A stretch of 63,891 nucleotides of DNA, counting the filler, from Theionarchaea archaeon (GTDB lineage Archaea > Methanobacteriota_B > Thermococci > Methanofastidiosales > SZ-28-30): the NCBI GenBank assembly GCA_018992565.1. It is 7 parts of 7 records of this genome, joined end to end, with 100 filler letters (N's around TTAATTAATTAA, not from the genome) between each part and the next. Parts side by side here need not be neighbours in the genome. Positions count along the whole stretch, not along the records: positions 57,380 to 61,230 come from JACVGW010000140.1; positions 61,331 to 63,891 come from JACVGW010000152.1; 5 more parts are not named here. One strand, 5' to 3'. The notes under the pieces were generated by a model. The model ran no database searches. It had not been told where the DNA came from and saw nothing but the letters and a program-made list of their open reading frames with translations. Shown piece by piece: positions 61,219-63,891 of the stretch. Position 1 is the stretch's first letter. Each line of letters starts with the position of its first letter. The position numbers and the translations under genes were made by a program.

Positions 61219-61330
61219 CCTGACGCATGANNNNNNNNNNNNNNNNNNNNNNNNNNNNNNNNNNNNNNNNNNNNTTAATTAATTAANNNNNNNNNNNNNN
61301 NNNNNNNNNNNNNNNNNNNNNNNNNNNNNN

Positions 61331-62722
61331 ATGGCAGCGGACATGTACTTCGGGTGCTTGGATGGCACCTTTGATGCAGATGGTGACCATATTTACGGTG
61401 AGCCCAACGATGGTGTAGACTGGCTGGAAGAGGTCTTCATTGGAAGAGCACCAGTAGAGACCGTGGCAGAAGCAGAGATATTCGTTGACAAGGTCATTGC
61501 CTACGAGCTGGCTGATAAACCAAAGGTCTGCCAGTTCCATGCAGCTATCATTGCGGCCGGTAACAATCCAGATTCCCGACAGATACCCTGGGACTGCGAA
61601 CAATGGGTACCTGAGGAGTACACCATAAAAGAGCTCTTTGAACAGGAGGATCCTATTACAAAAGCAATCTGGAGAACTGCCTGGGATGGCTCCTATGATG
61701 GGGAACCTCATACACCACCATTAACTTTCCAGCATGCTGGTCATGGGAATGCTACCTGCTATGGCATTTCTTCCAGTGTAACCTGGTGTAATGGGGATGT
61801 ATCCTCGTTGACCAATACCTTCTGGCCTATCCATATGTCTGTAGCCTGCCTGAGCGGGCAGTTTGAGGTCAATGACTGTCTGGCGGAAACGTATGTCAAG
61901 GATGACTGCGGAGCTATTGCATGCATGCTCAATGACAACTATGGGTGGTACTCCACAATGGACGCATCCAAATATTCTGGTGAGTTTCTGGAGACCATGT
62001 TCAGAGGGCTGTTCAGCGATGGAAAACAGCATCTGGGAGAACTTCTCAACCAGGCCAAGAGTTACTGGGTGTCAGCAGCGCAGAGCAACTCCACATACCG
62101 GTGGTGCTACTACGAGATTAACCTACTGGGAGATCCGGAAACACCCTGTCTGACCAAGAGAAGACTCTTGCCACCCCCCACGGTGACGATTACCAACCCC
62201 CCTGATGGGTCAATTGTATCGAGGACAGTGAAGGTGACTGTGGGACTCATGATGGGAAGCAGTGAAGCTCGCCCACGCATTGATACTGTGGAATTCTACA
62301 TTGACAACGCACTGGTATACACTGATGAGGAAATGCCCTTTGCATATGAATGGGACACGACCCAGTATGCAGATGGAGAACACGTCATCACAGTGAAAGG
62401 ATACTATTGTGGTGTGTTCAGAGATGATGACAGTGTCACAGTCAGGGTTGATAATACCACGAGACCATACGTGGAAATCACCAACCCAGTAGATGGATCT
62501 ACTGTATCAGGAGTAGTCCTGGTTATCACCGAAACTGCAGCCGTAGATACCGTGAAGTTCTATATCAATGGTGTTCTGGTGTACGTCTGCCAGGGAGAAC
62601 CCTTTGAATTCAAGTGGGACACTACAGCATATCCTGATGGGCTGTACGAGATCCGAGCTGAAGGATACCAGGGGAACCTCTTAGTGGCAAAAGACACTAT
62701 TACCGTCTCTGTCAGAAATTAG
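61331..62722 (+). CDS. C25 (gingipain-like) cysteine peptidase with two Ig-like domains, 5-prime truncated
   Basis: IGRAP, catalytic HG and AC motifs, LLGDP; two V.FYIDG...F.WDTT repeats. Confidence 0.88.
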   Translation: MAADMYFGCLDGTFDADGDHIYGEPNDGVDWLEEVFIGRAPVETVAEAEIFVDKVIAYELADKPKVCQFHAAIIAAGNNPDSRQIPWDCEQWVPEEYTIKELFEQEDPITKAIWRTAWDGSYDGEPHTPPLTFQHAGHGNATCYGISSSVTWCNGDVSSLTNTFWPIHMSVACLSGQFEVNDCLAETYVKDDCGAIACMLNDNYGWYSTMDASKYSGEFLETMFRGLFSDGKQHLGELLNQAKSYWVSAAQSNSTYRWCYYEINLLGDPETPCLTKRRLLPPPTVTITNPPDGSIVSRTVKVTVGLMMGSSEARPRIDTVEFYIDNALVYTDEEMPFAYEWDTTQYADGEHVITVKGYYCGVFRDDDSVTVRVDNTTRPYVEITNPVDGSTVSGVVLVITETAAVDTVKFYINGVLVYVCQGEPFEFKWDTTAYPDGLYEIRAEGYQGNLLVAKDTITVSVRN

Positions 62723-62820
62723 CACTCTGTTCAAGGTTTTATTTTCCTCTTTTTTTCTTTGTAGGATTGATTTCCGGGATTAGTCTCTGGGAGAACCAGG
62801 TCTCTTCTCACAGGCAAATC

Positions 62821-63489
62821 TCAGATCACCTCGTAGGACTCGCCTTCATGTAGAATGACGACCTTGACCCCTGAATTGGCTTCAACGTGCTGTTTGAACA
62901 CTTCAGGGTCTGTGTCCCAGCGGTGCATAGACAGCACCACTTCGGGATTAATTATGATAGCAGCCTGTGCTGCCTCGGAGTTATCCATAGTGTATTTATT
63001 CCCCGTGGGAAGCAGAGCTACATTCACGTTTCCGAGATTTCGCATTTCGGGAATGAAATCAGTGTCTCCAGCATGATAGATCGTTTCTCCTGCAATGGTG
63101 ATGAGGTAGCCATTCCCATATCCTTTGGGGTGCCAGGGTGTTCCTGGAGCTCTGAACCGTGTTACATTGTATGCCTCTGCAGCTCTTACCATGATGCCAT
63201 CAATGTCTTTCTCCTCTCCTAGGTTCAGTACCTCAACCTCCCCCTTGATTTTCTTTGCACAGTGAGAAGGAGCAATCACCACTGTGGCTTCAGTTCTCAC
63301 TTTCTCAATAGTGGCAGGCTGACAGTGATCACCGTGGGCGTGAGTCACCAGAATGAGATCCGCTTTCTCGAAGAGTCCACCGATCTTCTTCTCGTACTTC
63401 TTGTAGTAGACCAGATCAATATAGACGATTTTCTGGGCTGTCTTGATCTGAAACCCTGATTGACCCATCCATGTTAGTCGTACACTCAT
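62821..63489 (-). CDS. MBL-fold metallo-hydrolase
   Basis: THAHGDH and YHAGDT. Confidence 0.9.
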   Translation of the reverse strand: MSVRLTWMGQSGFQIKTAQKIVYIDLVYYKKYEKKIGGLFEKADLILVTHAHGDHCQPATIEKVRTEATVVIAPSHCAKKIKGEVEVLNLGEEKDIDGIMVRAAEAYNVTRFRAPGTPWHPKGYGNGYLITIAGETIYHAGDTDFIPEMRNLGNVNVALLPTGNKYTMDNSEAAQAAIIINPEVVLSMHRWDTDPEVFKQHVEANSGVKVVILHEGESYEVI

Positions 63490-63570
63490 TTCTATCCCTC
63501 ATCTTTTTACCTTTTAAATATTCCCTTTGCTTTGGGAAGTCAGAGGATAGTTCATTCTTCTTTGAGACCT

Positions 63571-63891
63571 TTATCTCTCTTTCAAGAACGTATCCAGCCA
63601 CTCATAGGCAAGAGCCCGCGCATACTGTGGAAAAGAATGATCATTGCCATGCATAAACCATGAGAACTGACGTTCCTCTCTATACAACTTATACACCCTA
63701 TACAGTTGAATTCCCACATCTGCCAGGAATTCCTGGTTACCATATGCCCGGTCATAGTATGAAGATATATTCAGGAATGCCCGTGGTGCGATCAGGGCAG
63801 CAACTTCATGAATATCAAAGGGAGGTTCCAGGCCTTCGAGGAAGTACTTTCTCAGAGCAGGGATATAGATATATCCTTCTTCCAATGACCA
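63571..63891 (-). CDS. Alpha/beta hydrolase C-terminal part (5-prime end beyond window)
   Basis: ALIAPR, D and HSF catalytic-like residues, AYEWLD. Confidence 0.65.
   Translation of the reverse strand, partial: WSLEEGYIYIPALRKYFLEGLEPPFDIHEVAALIAPRAFLNISSYYDRAYGNQEFLADVGIQLYRVYKLYREERQFSWFMHGNDHSFPQYARALAYEWLDTFLKER

Noticed and set aside
1..63891. CRISPR arrays, transposases, integrases, rRNA
   Set aside because: No regularly spaced repeats or recognisable motifs seen

Overview
Archaeal genomic DNA, apparently a metagenome-assembled genome. It has BRE/TATA promoters, GGAGGTGA-type ribosome-binding sites, Pth2, XPB-Bax1, archaeal MinD and an AsnRS-like asparagine synthetase. The peptidase- and surface-protein-rich content suggests a Theionarchaea-like anaerobic peptide degrader (inference). 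The window is a concatenation of about 7 scaffolds joined by artificial N-TTAATTAATTAA-N linkers, with three further 100-N gaps, so gene order across linkers is meaningless. Most genes are housekeeping, transport or peptide-scavenging, plus two tRNAs (Val-GAC, Thr-GGT). The standout is a gap-free ~8.5 kb RiPP-like cluster (41036-49516). It encodes three radical SAM/SPASM enzymes, a stand-alone PqqD/RRE, a methyltransferase, an HExxH protein, a stand-alone Lon-type protease domain and an MFS exporter. It also holds two tiny paralogous precursor genes missing from the ORF track (MYIRSEIEEISMEIDQCMCCAVIVD and MYIKSEIEEISMEIDQCMCCAAAPIDNIGVVA). Other leads: a candidate structured ncRNA with a tRNA-type promoter, duplicated csp genes with a conserved structured leader, putative non-canonical start codons, and several palindromic operators.
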